From contig CAVVMW010000021.1 in NCBI GenBank assembly GCA_963749495.1, forward strand, positions 320,001 to 384,000: a DNA stretch of 64,000 nt. The letters run 5' to 3'. This document shows, piece by piece, positions 51,712 to 60,888 of the stretch. Numbering within the stretch: position 1 is the first letter of the stretch; every line of letters starts with the position of its first letter. The translations under genes were made by a program, and so were the position numbers. This DNA comes from an uncultured bacterium (GTDB taxonomy: Bacteria > Verrucomicrobiota > Verrucomicrobiia > Limisphaerales > UBA8199). The notes beneath the pieces were generated by a model. It was not told where the DNA came from and did no database searches. It saw only the letters and a program-made list of their open reading frames with translations.

Positions 51712-52304
51712 AGGGCCTCTCCTGCCGCGCCGCCATCGAAAGACCTGGCCGGGGCGGTGATGGCGGGCCTGGGGTGGGGGGCGCCGGGCACCGGTTTGTA
51801 GAGGGTGACCAGGCATCCGCCGGCGGCCGCCAGGAGCAAGCCCAGCACAAACGGCCACGGCAGCTTCTGCCAGCCTCCCGCCGGCGGGTGCAGTGCCAGC
51901 GAGTAGAGCGCATTCAAGACCGGCGCCCCGGCAAAGACTATGGACATCACCACGGCGGGCGTGCCCTTGGCGCCAAAGGCCAGCAGCACGCCGAACGCGC
52001 CCGCGGCCCCCACGATGCCCGCCAGCAGCGACCAGGCCATGCCGCCCGGGGCCAATTTCCAGTCGGCCCCGCGGAGTATCAGCGCGGCCAAAGGGGCAAG
52101 GATGGCCGTCAGAAAATAGGCCGCGCCAACGCACAGGAAGGCCTTGTAACGCCCGTTGACGGGGTCGTGCATTGCCGCCTGTCCCGAGTGCAGGAAGGCG
52201 CCGTAGAGGCCCCAGCAACAGACGGTGAGCAGCGAGAACAGGAGCCAGGCCGGGTTTTGCGGATCCGAGGCTGAGGTCGTGCGGACCAGGTTGATGTCAT
52301 TCAT
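51708..52304 (-). CDS. DMT/EamA-like small membrane protein
   Basis: WG.YG, about 5 TM segments, VMSIVFAGAP. Confidence 0.7.
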   Translation of the reverse strand: MNDINLVRTTSASDPQNPAWLLFSLLTVCCWGLYGAFLHSGQAAMHDPVNGRYKAFLCVGAAYFLTAILAPLAALILRGADWKLAPGGMAWSLLAGIVGAAGAFGVLLAFGAKGTPAVVMSIVFAGAPVLNALYSLALHPPAGGWQKLPWPFVLGLLLAAAGGCLVTLYKPVPGAPHPRPAITAPARSFDGGAAGEAL

Positions 52305-52884
52305 AAGATGAGCGGCTTTGGAGGATTGAGTGATAATGAGAATGGGCGCGGTTTGGCCGGGTGCCGTGGCCTGGAGCGGCCGCAGGGTCCGAACCCTCTT
52401 GCGGCGGGTGATTCCCCGGGCGCGAGCTGCCTGGCTGATGAAGGGCCAGCAACTCGGGCGGCGCCGGCTCGAGCAACTCGGCCAGGGCCGCCGGTAACCG
52501 GGCGGCCTTGAGCGTGCCGTCGGCATGGGGGGCGGCACACACGACGGTGAGGCGCCCCCGGGCAACCTCGAACCGGGCCGGGCCTTCCAGGCGGTAGAAG
52601 CGGAACTGGTAAGTCAGGCTGCGCGTCCCCTTCCTCTCGACCAGCAGGTGGACCAGGACCTCGTCTTCGAAGCGCAGCGGCGCCAGGTAATCGCAGTGGG
52701 CATGGACGCGCGGCAGGCAGAGGTCCAGGCCATTGCGGGAGAGCGCGACCGAGTAGCCCAGTGAGCGCAAAAACGCGCTCTCCGCAGCCTCCATGAAACG
52801 GAAGAAATTCGAGAAGTGCATCAGACCCGCCATGTCGGTGTCGCAAAACTCGACCCGCCGGGTGAGCTGGAATTCGTGCGGCAT
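52297..52884 (-). CDS. Acyl-CoA thioesterase (4-hydroxybenzoyl-CoA / YbgC hotdog family)
   Basis: RVEF.DTD.AG..HF.NFFR.ME.AE, P.RFED. Confidence 0.9.
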   Translation of the reverse strand: MPHEFQLTRRVEFCDTDMAGLMHFSNFFRFMEAAESAFLRSLGYSVALSRNGLDLCLPRVHAHCDYLAPLRFEDEVLVHLLVERKGTRSLTYQFRFYRLEGPARFEVARGRLTVVCAAPHADGTLKAARLPAALAELLEPAPPELLALHQPGSSRPGNHPPQEGSDPAAAPGHGTRPNRAHSHYHSILQSRSSYE

Positions 52885-52961
52885 GGTCAACAAACCGTGG
52901 CTGGGTCGGGGCGGTGATGGATGGTTTGCAGCACGGAGCCGAGCCCCAGCGAAGGCGCGGG

Positions 52962-53186
52962 GCAACCCGAAGGGTTGCCAGATGGTAGCCGGGGGTCGCG
53001 GCGTCGCCGCGACCCCCGGTTTGCGGCCAGAAGTGGCATGCACCCCGGAACGGGGTGCCAGAAAGTTGCACACAAGGAGTAGGCGGCCTTCTGGCATCCC
53101 TCCGGGATGCCGACCCACACTGCCGCTGAACCGGGGGTCTCGCTGCGCTTCGACCCCCGGCTACCATCTGTCATCCCTTCGGGATG
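52962..53186. repeat. REP/REPIN-like long palindrome
   Basis: AGATGGTAGCCGGGGGTCG ... CGACCCCCGGCTACCATCT. Confidence 0.8.
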
Positions 53187-53230
53187 CGCGGCAGCACTTT
53201 GGGCCGCCGAGTCAACGCAGAGCTGCTGTC

Positions 53231-54508
53231 TCATACTGGCACAGTCTCCCGCTCCGCCAGGGGCGCCCCGTAGGGCAGCGGGTCGGGGACTTCGGCGGTC
53301 TCGGCCACGGCGGTGTAGAGTTGCGAGAAATCCTTGTTCACGTCGCCCGAGAGGCAATCCGTGATGGGGCCGGCCAGGGCGGGGTATTTGTTGGTGAGCT
53401 TGCGGAAGCTGAAATTGCGGTCGTAAAAGGCATAGACAAGCTTGCGCATGTTCTCGAGGCCCTCGCGCATCGTGCGGCTATAGCCGGCGAACCGGCCGGC
53501 GGAAAAATCCTGGGCGTCGAAGGCGGCCTTGATGGCGTCGGCGGCGAGGCTGCCGCTTTTGAGGGCGAGCATGACGCCGGAGGAGAAGACCGGGTCCAGG
53601 AAGCCGAAGGCATCGCCGGCCAGCAGGAGCCCGTATGAGGCGCAAAACCTCGAGCGCCACGAGAACTCGCTGGTCAGGTAATAAGGGCCGGTCTGCGTGC
53701 CGCAGGCCAGGTGGTCCCGTATCCAGGCGTTCTGCCCGGCCTCGCGCTGGAAGATTCCTCTGGGTTCGCGCAGGCCCTCGCGGGTGAGGTACTTGCCCTC
53801 GGCCACGACCCCCACGCTGGTCATCTCCCGGTGCTGGGGAATGTACCAAAACCACCCCTTCTCGGGGACGTATGCAACGGTAGTGGCCCCGGCGTCGAGC
53901 CCAGGGTCGCGCATTGCCCCGCGGTAGTAGGTCCACACGGCGACCTTGTTGAGCTTGGGCTCGCGGATGCGCCAATTGAGCCGCGTCGGCGCCAGGGCGT
54001 CGCGTCCGGAGCAATCCAGCGTCATCGGGGCCCGGCACTCCAAGGCCTGGCCGGACCGGGTCTGCGCGCGAACCCCCACGGTGCGCCCCTCCTCCTGGAT
54101 CAAGTCGCAAACCGCAGTCTCCTCCAGCACGCTTGCGCCCTTTTCACGCGCGTTCTCCATCAGCATCAGGTCGAACTCCGAGCGCAGCACCTGCCACGTC
54201 TGCGCCACCTCCGGCTCGTAACGCGTCGAAAAATAGAACGGCTGCGAGGCCTTGCCGGAGGGCGAGACAAACTGGACGCTGTATTTCTTGACGAACCCGC
54301 TCTGGCGCATTCGCTCCAGCAGGCCCAGCCGCTTGAGCGGGTAACAGGTGAAGGGCAGCAGCGATTCGCCAATGTGATAGCGCGGGAACTTCTCGCGTTC
54401 CAGCACCACCACGCGCAGGCCCTGCTCCGCCAGCAGGGCGGCAGCCGCCGAGCCCGAAGGACCGGCGCCGATGATGACGGTGTCGCAGCGGATGGGTGTG
54501 TTAGTCAT
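53231..54508 (-). CDS. Flavin-dependent halogenase-like FAD oxidoreductase
   Basis: GAGPSG, RYHIGES, GFVKK (catalytic-Lys position), GWFWYIP (WxWxIP), GDA.GFLDPVFSSG. Confidence 0.8.
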   Translation of the reverse strand: MTNTPIRCDTVIIGAGPSGSAAAALLAEQGLRVVVLEREKFPRYHIGESLLPFTCYPLKRLGLLERMRQSGFVKKYSVQFVSPSGKASQPFYFSTRYEPEVAQTWQVLRSEFDLMLMENAREKGASVLEETAVCDLIQEEGRTVGVRAQTRSGQALECRAPMTLDCSGRDALAPTRLNWRIREPKLNKVAVWTYYRGAMRDPGLDAGATTVAYVPEKGWFWYIPQHREMTSVGVVAEGKYLTREGLREPRGIFQREAGQNAWIRDHLACGTQTGPYYLTSEFSWRSRFCASYGLLLAGDAFGFLDPVFSSGVMLALKSGSLAADAIKAAFDAQDFSAGRFAGYSRTMREGLENMRKLVYAFYDRNFSFRKLTNKYPALAGPITDCLSGDVNKDFSQLYTAVAETAEVPDPLPYGAPLAERETVPV

Positions 54509-54519
54509 AGTTGCGAGAT

Positions 54520-54596
54520 GGTTCAGGGTTCAGGGTTCACGTTTCACGTTTCACGTTTCACGGTTCAGGGTTCACGTTTCACGTTTCACGTTTCAC
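54520..54596. repeat. Heptamer array (GTTTCAC / GGTTCAG)n
   Basis: About 11 tandem 7-mers; related array at 63612-63647. Confidence 0.85.
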
Positions 54597-54640
54597 TTCG
54601 GCTTCGCCGCAGACGGTTGCGTGGGATCGGACATTCTCGT

Positions 54641-55213
54641 TCATTGAGGCAGAATCTCAATCACCTCGGCGATGAGCCGCCGGGAGGCGTCGAGCAGGAC
54701 ATTGCGGCGTCCGTAGAGGGCGCCGGGCCGGTGCAGGCGCAGGATGGCCCCCAGGCGGGCGTCGGCCTGGACGGTGAAGAAGGCCTGGGGCCAGCTCAAA
54801 TGCGGGATGGCCTCGGCCTGGAGGATCTTGCCCAGCGGCCGCTGCTCCTCCAGGACGCTCTGGGCAGCGGACGGGGGAAGGTGTGTCAGCCAGATGCGGA
54901 TGACCCCGTATTCGACGGGCCGGCCGTCCTGAGCGCGCCGGAGCACCACCTCCCGCCAGTAGGCGCCCTCCTCGGATTCGCGGTTGAGCACCAGCAGGTG
55001 GATGGGCTGCCGGTGGAAGCCCTCGAGGGTGGGGGTCATGTCCCTCGAATGGACCAGGAGCGACCGGTACGGCTCGGGAACATCGCCACCTTCAAGCGGC
55101 TCGATGCGGGGCAGGCAAACGCCCGCGCGCGCGTAGAAGCGGTCCAGCAGGCCCGACCACGGCGGCCAGACCCTGGCAGGTTCGGCAAGGGAGGCGGGAG
55201 GGGCGGAGGTCAT
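54641..55213 (-). CDS. Chorismate pyruvate-lyase-like (UbiC/UTRA fold) protein
   Basis: LL....MT..LE, REV.L, PLG.IL, YGR, EVIEILP pattern; start trimmed to ATG 55213. Confidence 0.65.
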   Translation of the reverse strand: MTSAPPASLAEPARVWPPWSGLLDRFYARAGVCLPRIEPLEGGDVPEPYRSLLVHSRDMTPTLEGFHRQPIHLLVLNRESEEGAYWREVVLRRAQDGRPVEYGVIRIWLTHLPPSAAQSVLEEQRPLGKILQAEAIPHLSWPQAFFTVQADARLGAILRLHRPGALYGRRNVLLDASRRLIAEVIEILPQ

Positions 55214-55283
55214 GAGAGTGGGCTGGCAGTCAAAGGGTGCGCGCCGGACTGGCCTGAGGTATCGGACCGGCCGTGGGCGCTTC

Positions 55284-55438
55284 CGGGCACTGCCCCCGGA
55301 GTGCGCCCGTCCCCGGGCGCAGCAGCGACGCAGCGGGAAGGGGCGCCGGAGTATTTGACCACTGCCCTGGCTGCGGACGCCGCTGCGCCCGAGGACGGGC
55401 GCACTCCGGCCCGGTCCCCGGCGGCGGGGGCGGTGTCG
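55284..55438. repeat. REP-like palindrome
   Basis: CCGGAGTGCGCCCGTCCCCGGGCGCAGC / GCTGCGCCCGAGGACGGGCGCACTCCGG. Confidence 0.8.
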
Positions 55439-55468
55439 GGATGTGCACACCGGCCGGACAATCGGGCA

Positions 55469-56812
55469 TCACGCATAGCGGGCGGTGCGGTGCTGGGGGA
55501 GAAAGAACTCGTGGACCAGGCGGTCCACCTCGAGCAACCCCTGCCGGGTGAGGCGGAGCCAGTCGCCCTCGATAGCCAGGGCGCCGCACCCTTGCAATGT
55601 GGCCAGGGGTCCTTCGAACCTGGCCAGGACATTGACGCCGAACTTGCGCTGGAAGTAGCTGCGGCTGATGCGGCCCAGCTTGAACTGCAGGACCAACTCG
55701 CGGATGAGCCGCTCCTCTGCTGTCGGCGTCAGGGCCCGGCAGAGCGGCAGCCGCCCCTGGCGCAGGCTGGCCACGTACGGCTCGAAGTCGTGCAGGTTTT
55801 GGAAATGAGTCCCGCCGACGTGCGAGAACGAGGCGACTCCCAGGCCGACCAGGTCCGCCCCCTGCCAAAGGCTGTCGCGATAGACAAACCGTGTGCGGGC
55901 AGGGTCCTTGACGGCGGTGTAACCGCTGGCGACCGCGTAGCCCGCCTCCTCGAGCCGCTCGAAGGCGTAGCCGACCCACTCCCGCTTTGTTGCCCAGTCG
56001 GCCACCGGCGCCACCAGCCGTCCCTGCGCCTTCATCTCCTGGTAAATCGTCGTGTTATACGGGATCTCCATCTGGTAAATCGTGACGCTGTCCGGCGCCA
56101 ACTCCACGGCCTGGCGCACGCAATCGCGCCAGTTCTCCTCGGTCTCCTCGACCATCCCCGCGATGAGATCGATGTTGATCTGCGGGAAATCCAGTTCCCG
56201 CGCAAAATGATAGGCCCGCCGGACCTCGCGCGAACGATGCGCCCGGCCGTTGATCTCCAGGACATGGTCGCTGAAGTTCTCGACCCCCAGGCTCAGGCGC
56301 GACACGCCTATCTCGCGGATCGTCTTGAGCTTGTGGTCCGTGAGCGTGCCCGGCTCGCACTCGAAGGTGACCTCCTCCGCCTGGTCCCACGGGAGAACCG
56401 CCTGCATGCGGCCGGCCAGCTCGCGCAGTTGCAGCTCCGAGAGATACGAAGGAGTGCCGCCCCCGAAATAGACGAACTGCGGCTTGCGCCCCCCGATGAA
56501 CGGACGCCCCCCGTAGAGCTCCAACTCCCGGATTGCCAAATCCAGGTAGCCCTTCACCGCCACCGAATCCTTGTCCGTATAGACCCGGAAATAACAGAAG
56601 TGGCACCGCTTCCGGCAGAAGGGGATGTGCAGATAGAGGCCCAGCGGCGTGCCCGGCGCCGGGGGCCGGGCCAGGGCCGCGGCGGCGTCCGGCAGGCGCT
56701 CCGGGGTCCAAAACGAAAACGGCGGGTAATTGGCAACGAAATAGTTGCCCACACCCGTCTGCTTGTCCGGCTGAACTGGGACCGGCGTCGTTTGAGCTGG
56801 CGCTGTCATCAT
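55469..56812 (-). CDS. HemN-like (class C) radical SAM enzyme
   Basis: LYLHIPFCRKRCHFC, YFGGGTPS, RLSLGV, NIDLIAG, GLGVAS. Confidence 0.88.
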   Translation of the reverse strand: MMTAPAQTTPVPVQPDKQTGVGNYFVANYPPFSFWTPERLPDAAAALARPPAPGTPLGLYLHIPFCRKRCHFCYFRVYTDKDSVAVKGYLDLAIRELELYGGRPFIGGRKPQFVYFGGGTPSYLSELQLRELAGRMQAVLPWDQAEEVTFECEPGTLTDHKLKTIREIGVSRLSLGVENFSDHVLEINGRAHRSREVRRAYHFARELDFPQINIDLIAGMVEETEENWRDCVRQAVELAPDSVTIYQMEIPYNTTIYQEMKAQGRLVAPVADWATKREWVGYAFERLEEAGYAVASGYTAVKDPARTRFVYRDSLWQGADLVGLGVASFSHVGGTHFQNLHDFEPYVASLRQGRLPLCRALTPTAEERLIRELVLQFKLGRISRSYFQRKFGVNVLARFEGPLATLQGCGALAIEGDWLRLTRQGLLEVDRLVHEFFLPQHRTARYA

Positions 56813-56826
56813 GATTCTGGCGCTTC

Positions 56827-56859
56827 ACTATTCAACAGGACAAGTAATTTTGCAAATTA
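56827..56859 (-). promoter_or_regulatory. Possible sigma70-type promoter with overlapping AT-rich palindrome
   Basis: Minus strand TTGCAA-17 bp-AATAGT; near-palindrome TAATTTTGCAAATTA. Confidence 0.35.
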
Positions 56860-56879
56860 AGGAATGTGCAGAGTTCGGA

Positions 56880-56953
56880 AATGACGAATGACGAATGACG
56901 AATGACGAATGTCGAGTTCGTCATTCGTCATTCGTCATTCGTCATTCGTCATT
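56880..56953. repeat. Inverted heptamer arrays (ATGACGA)4 / (TCGTCAT)5
   Basis: Forms a hairpin between divergent genes; single arms at 8404, 33286, 60811 and 63764. Confidence 0.9.
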
Positions 56954-57014
56954 CTCACTCCCCGCTTTTCTTCCTTCAAACCAGTGGGAATCCCGCCCAT
57001 AATCCAGCCTGCGC

Positions 57015-58965
57015 ATGAAACTCTTCCTTTCCCTTTGGCTGCTGGTCCTGCCCGCTTGCCTCGTGCCGGGCGCGCCCTCCCCGGCGCCGGCCCTCCGCTC
57101 GCTCGCAGGTTCGGGTTTTCCCGACGTGTTCGTCTGGACCGATACGTGCAACGCCTATGTGTTCCGGGACGGCCAGACCTGCCTCCTGGTGGATCTGGGC
57201 GATGGGAGCGTCCTCGACCACCTGGGCGAGATCGGCGTCAAGCGGGTCGAGTGGGTCCTCTTTACGCACCATCACCGGGAGCAGTGCCAGGGGTATGCCC
57301 AGCTCAAGTCAAAGGGCTGGGACGTCAGGGTCGGCGTCCCAGAAGCCGAGCGGGCGCTTTTCGAGCAGCCCGCTTCCTTCCGCAAGCTGCACGCCAGGCT
57401 CGGGGACGCCTTCACGGTGCGCAGACTCGAGCTACGTGCGCCCGCCGGTCGAGCCGATTGCGGTGGACCGGGCCTTCTCGAAAATGGACACCTTCCACTG
57501 GCACGGCCACGAATTCTGGTGCGTGGAGACCAAAGGCAACAGCCCGGGCGGGATGTCTTATCTGGTCGAGTTGAACGGCCGCCGCGTGGCGTTTTCGGGC
57601 GATGTGATGCTGGACGGCGCGCGGATGCACAATTACTTCGACACGGAATGGGACTACAGCTTCGCCGCGGGCATCTATGCGCTGCACAACGCGGCGGCGC
57701 TGCTCCAGAGCTTCGGCCCGGTCCTGCTGCTGCCAGCGCACGGCCCGGTCATTCCGGGGCCCAGGGGGCAATTGGAGGCCTTTCAGACCAAGCTGCGGCG
57801 CCTCGCCCGCATGGTCGTGCGCGGCTACGACGAGGGCCGGTTCGCCGCCGCCGACCAGGACCGCGTCTCGACCCCGACCTCGGTCCCTTACCTGTGGCGG
57901 ACCACGCCCCACCTCTATAAGTTCAAGGGGCCCGATTATTGGCCAAATTTCGTGATGCTGCTGGCCGACAGCGGGCACGGGCTGGTGGTCGATTGCGGGC
58001 TGTTCGAGGAGGCCTTTCTGGACCGGTCGCTGGAGCTGATGCGCGAGCGGCTGGGATTGAAAGCGATCGATGCCGTGCTCATCACGCACATGCACGGCGA
58101 CCACATCCTGGAGGCCCCGCACCTGCGCGAGAAATGGGGCGCGCAGATCTGGGCCCTGGATCGCATGGCGGACAAGTTCGAGCATCCCGAGCGTTACGAT
58201 TACGCGGCCCCGATCCAGGCCTACGGCAAGGGGTTCGATTCCGTGCGCGTGGACCGCGTGCTCCGCTCCGGCGAGACCCTCGAGTGGGAAGGCTACCAGT
58301 TGACCGCCGATTGGATGCCGGGCCAGACCGAGTTCGCGATGGGGCTGTCCGGAATGATTGACGGCCGCAAGGTCGTCTTCACCGGCGACAACATCTTTGC
58401 CGATCCGAGGAACCCGAGGCAGAACGGCCACGAGGCCATCGTCGCCCGCAACAGCGGCATCCTCGAAGAAGGCTACATCTACGGCGCCGATTACCTGGCG
58501 CGGACCAAGCCCGACCTGCTCATGGGCGGCCATTCGTTTGTCATGGACCGCCCGGCCGGGCTGATCAAACGCTATCGCCACTGGGCCTATGCCATGCGCG
58601 ACACCTTCCGCTCCCTGAGCACGGACGCGGACTACCGCTATTGGTTCGACCCGTTCTGGGTCCGGGCGGAGCCGTACCGTGTCAGCGTCCAGCGCGGCAG
58701 TGCGGCGGAGGTGATGGTCCGGGTGCGCAACTTCCGCAACCGCCAGCAGGCCCATAGCATCGGCATCCACGCCCCAGCGGGGCTGGCCGCCCAGCCCGCG
58801 CCCCTGGAGGGCACGCTCGCCCCCGAAAGCAGCGGCTCCTTTCCCCTGCGCATCGAGGCAGGCAAAGATGCCTCACCCGGAGTTCACATCGTCGCCTTCG
58901 ACATCACCCTCGACGGACACCGCTACGGCGAGTGGTTCGATTTCATCGTGAACGTCGAGCCGTGA
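57015..58965 (+). CDS. Secreted double-domain MBL-fold metallo-hydrolase; frameshift near 57423
   Basis: THHHREQ (domain 1), THMHGDH (domain 2), FSGD / FTGD. Confidence 0.85.
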
Positions 58966-59038
58966 GACTCTGGCGATTTTGGTTGCGTCCCGTCCGCGCC
59001 CAGCGGTACAACCTTGCCAAATCACAAAACACGCATTT

Positions 59039-60709
59039 ATGAAATCTCAATTGTTTGTTGCGTTATTGGCGGGCGGCCTGGCGTTGAACATCGAGGAGTC
59101 CTGCGTTCAGGCGGCCTCCGAGACGGCGCCGCAAAATGCCGCGCGGCTCCAGTGGTGGCGCCAGGCCCGGTTCGGCATGTTCATTCATTGGGGGCCGGTG
59201 AGCCTCAAGGGGACCGAGATCGGCTGGTCGCGCGGGGCCGAGATACCGATCGGGGAGTACGACAATCTCTACAAGCAGTTCAATCCGACCAATTTCGATG
59301 CCGCGGCCTGGGTCAGGACCGCCAAGGACGCGGGTATGAAGTACCTGGTCTTCACCACCAAGCACCACGACGGTTTCTGCATGTGGGACACGCGGCAGAC
59401 CGACCACAACATCATGCACTCGCCCTTCGGGCGCGATGTCGTCAAGGAGTTGGCGGAGGCCTGCCGGGGGCAGGGCCTGGCCTTCGGCACGTACCACTCG
59501 GTCACCGATTGGCACCATCCGGATTTTCCCCTCACCAGCCCGCGCGGCTCGGTGCGCCGGCCCGCCTCGAACCTGGACCGCTACGAGCAGTACCTGCGGG
59601 CCCAGGTGTCCGAACTGATCACCCATTACGGTCCGCTGCTGATCATGTGGTTCGACGTGCCCCAGGAGTTCAGCGTCCAGCGCGGCCAGGGGCTCATCGA
59701 GTTCACTCGCGCCTTGCAGCCCGACATCATCATCAACGACCGCAGCGGCGCCCCCGGTGATTACGACACCCCGGAACAGCGCATCGGCAAATACCAGGAC
59801 CAGCGGCCCTGGGAGACCTGCATGACCATCTGCCGCCAATGGGCCTGGAAACCCGGCGACCAGATGAAATCGTTGCGGGAGTGCGTCCAGACGCTGGTGC
59901 TGTGCGCGGGGGGCGACGGCAACCTCTTGCTCAATGTCGGCCCGATGCCCGATGGCCGCATCGAGCCGCGCCAGGTCGAGCGCCTGCTCGAGATGGGCGC
60001 CTGGCTCGGCCGCTACGGCCAGAGCATTTATGGGACCCGGGGCGGGCCCTGGAAACCGAGCCGGGCCCTGGCCAGCACCCGCGCGGGCAACAGCATTTTC
60101 GTCCACCTCCTCCGCCCCCAGACCGGCGCGGTTACGCTGCCCGGCATCCCGGCCAGGATTGTCGCCAGCCAGGCCCTGACGGGCGGCTCGGTCAAAGTCG
60201 AGCAGGGCGACGGCCAAGTGACGCTGTCCCTGGAACCTGCAGGGACAGCGGGACCCGAAGCGGGCATTGACAGCATCGTGCGCCTGGACCTCGACCGCTC
60301 CGCCATGGGTCTCAAGCCGGTGGGCTCGCCCTCGACGATCAAGGCCTCGGCGTCAAACGTCTTTCAGAACATGGACGAGTTTGCGGCGGACAAGGCCTTC
60401 GACGGCGACGCGGACACGCGGTGGGCGACGGATGCCGGCACCCGCCAGGCCTGGGTCGCGGTGGACCTCGGCCGCCCCAAACGCATCAACGGCGTGCGCA
60501 TTCACGAGGAATATGCCGGCAGGGTGCAGCGGTTCGAGTTGCAGCGCAAGGACGGCCCCGAGTGGAAGACGGTCCTTGCCGGCGCCACGCTCGGCCCGGA
60601 CTTCAAAGCCCAATTCCCCGCCATCACCGCCCAGGAACTGCGCTTGAACATCCTCGACGCTACAGAAGGACCGACCATTAGCGAGATCGAGTTTGTCGAG
60701 GCCAACTGA
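59039..60709 (+). CDS. Alpha-L-fucosidase (GH29) with C-terminal F5/8 type C domain
   Basis: FGMFIHWG, KHHDGF, WFD, TPEQ, WETC, NLLLNVGP; AFDGD..TRW. Confidence 0.93.
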   Translation: MKSQLFVALLAGGLALNIEESCVQAASETAPQNAARLQWWRQARFGMFIHWGPVSLKGTEIGWSRGAEIPIGEYDNLYKQFNPTNFDAAAWVRTAKDAGMKYLVFTTKHHDGFCMWDTRQTDHNIMHSPFGRDVVKELAEACRGQGLAFGTYHSVTDWHHPDFPLTSPRGSVRRPASNLDRYEQYLRAQVSELITHYGPLLIMWFDVPQEFSVQRGQGLIEFTRALQPDIIINDRSGAPGDYDTPEQRIGKYQDQRPWETCMTICRQWAWKPGDQMKSLRECVQTLVLCAGGDGNLLLNVGPMPDGRIEPRQVERLLEMGAWLGRYGQSIYGTRGGPWKPSRALASTRAGNSIFVHLLRPQTGAVTLPGIPARIVASQALTGGSVKVEQGDGQVTLSLEPAGTAGPEAGIDSIVRLDLDRSAMGLKPVGSPSTIKASASNVFQNMDEFAADKAFDGDADTRWATDAGTRQAWVAVDLGRPKRINGVRIHEEYAGRVQRFELQRKDGPEWKTVLAGATLGPDFKAQFPAITAQELRLNILDATEGPTISEIEFVEAN

Positions 60710-60888
60710 GGAAAACGCGAAATCGGGAGAAGGCAGAAAATCGGAAGGAGGCAGAAAGATGGGGGCAGAAAAATGGAGACGGCACCGGAACCCGGCACCG
60801 CGACTGCACCATTCGTCATTCGTCATTCGTCATTCGTCATTTTCGAACTGCCCCCATTTTTCTGCCTTTTCCGGATTTGGGCCTTTCC

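Noticed and set aside
55469..56812. Calling the radical SAM gene hemN (heme biosynthesis)
   Set aside because: There are no hem genes nearby, the N-terminal motif differs from the canonical PRYTSYP, and the context suggests another substrate; no symbol assigned.
53711..56860. 1049-aa plus-strand ORF
   Set aside because: Antisense shadow of three well-supported minus-strand genes in GC-rich DNA; no recognisable motifs.
8980..57430. Single-base frameshifts in at least a dozen genes (near 8990, 18453, 21985, 22568, 25070, 27870, 33755, 35000, 40100, 40640, 42705, 49380, 57423) as programmed frameshifting or mass pseudogenisation
   Set aside because: They are scattered over unrelated genes, both halves are otherwise intact, and I saw no shared slippery motif. 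Uncorrected long-read indels are the simplest explanation; read mapping would decide.
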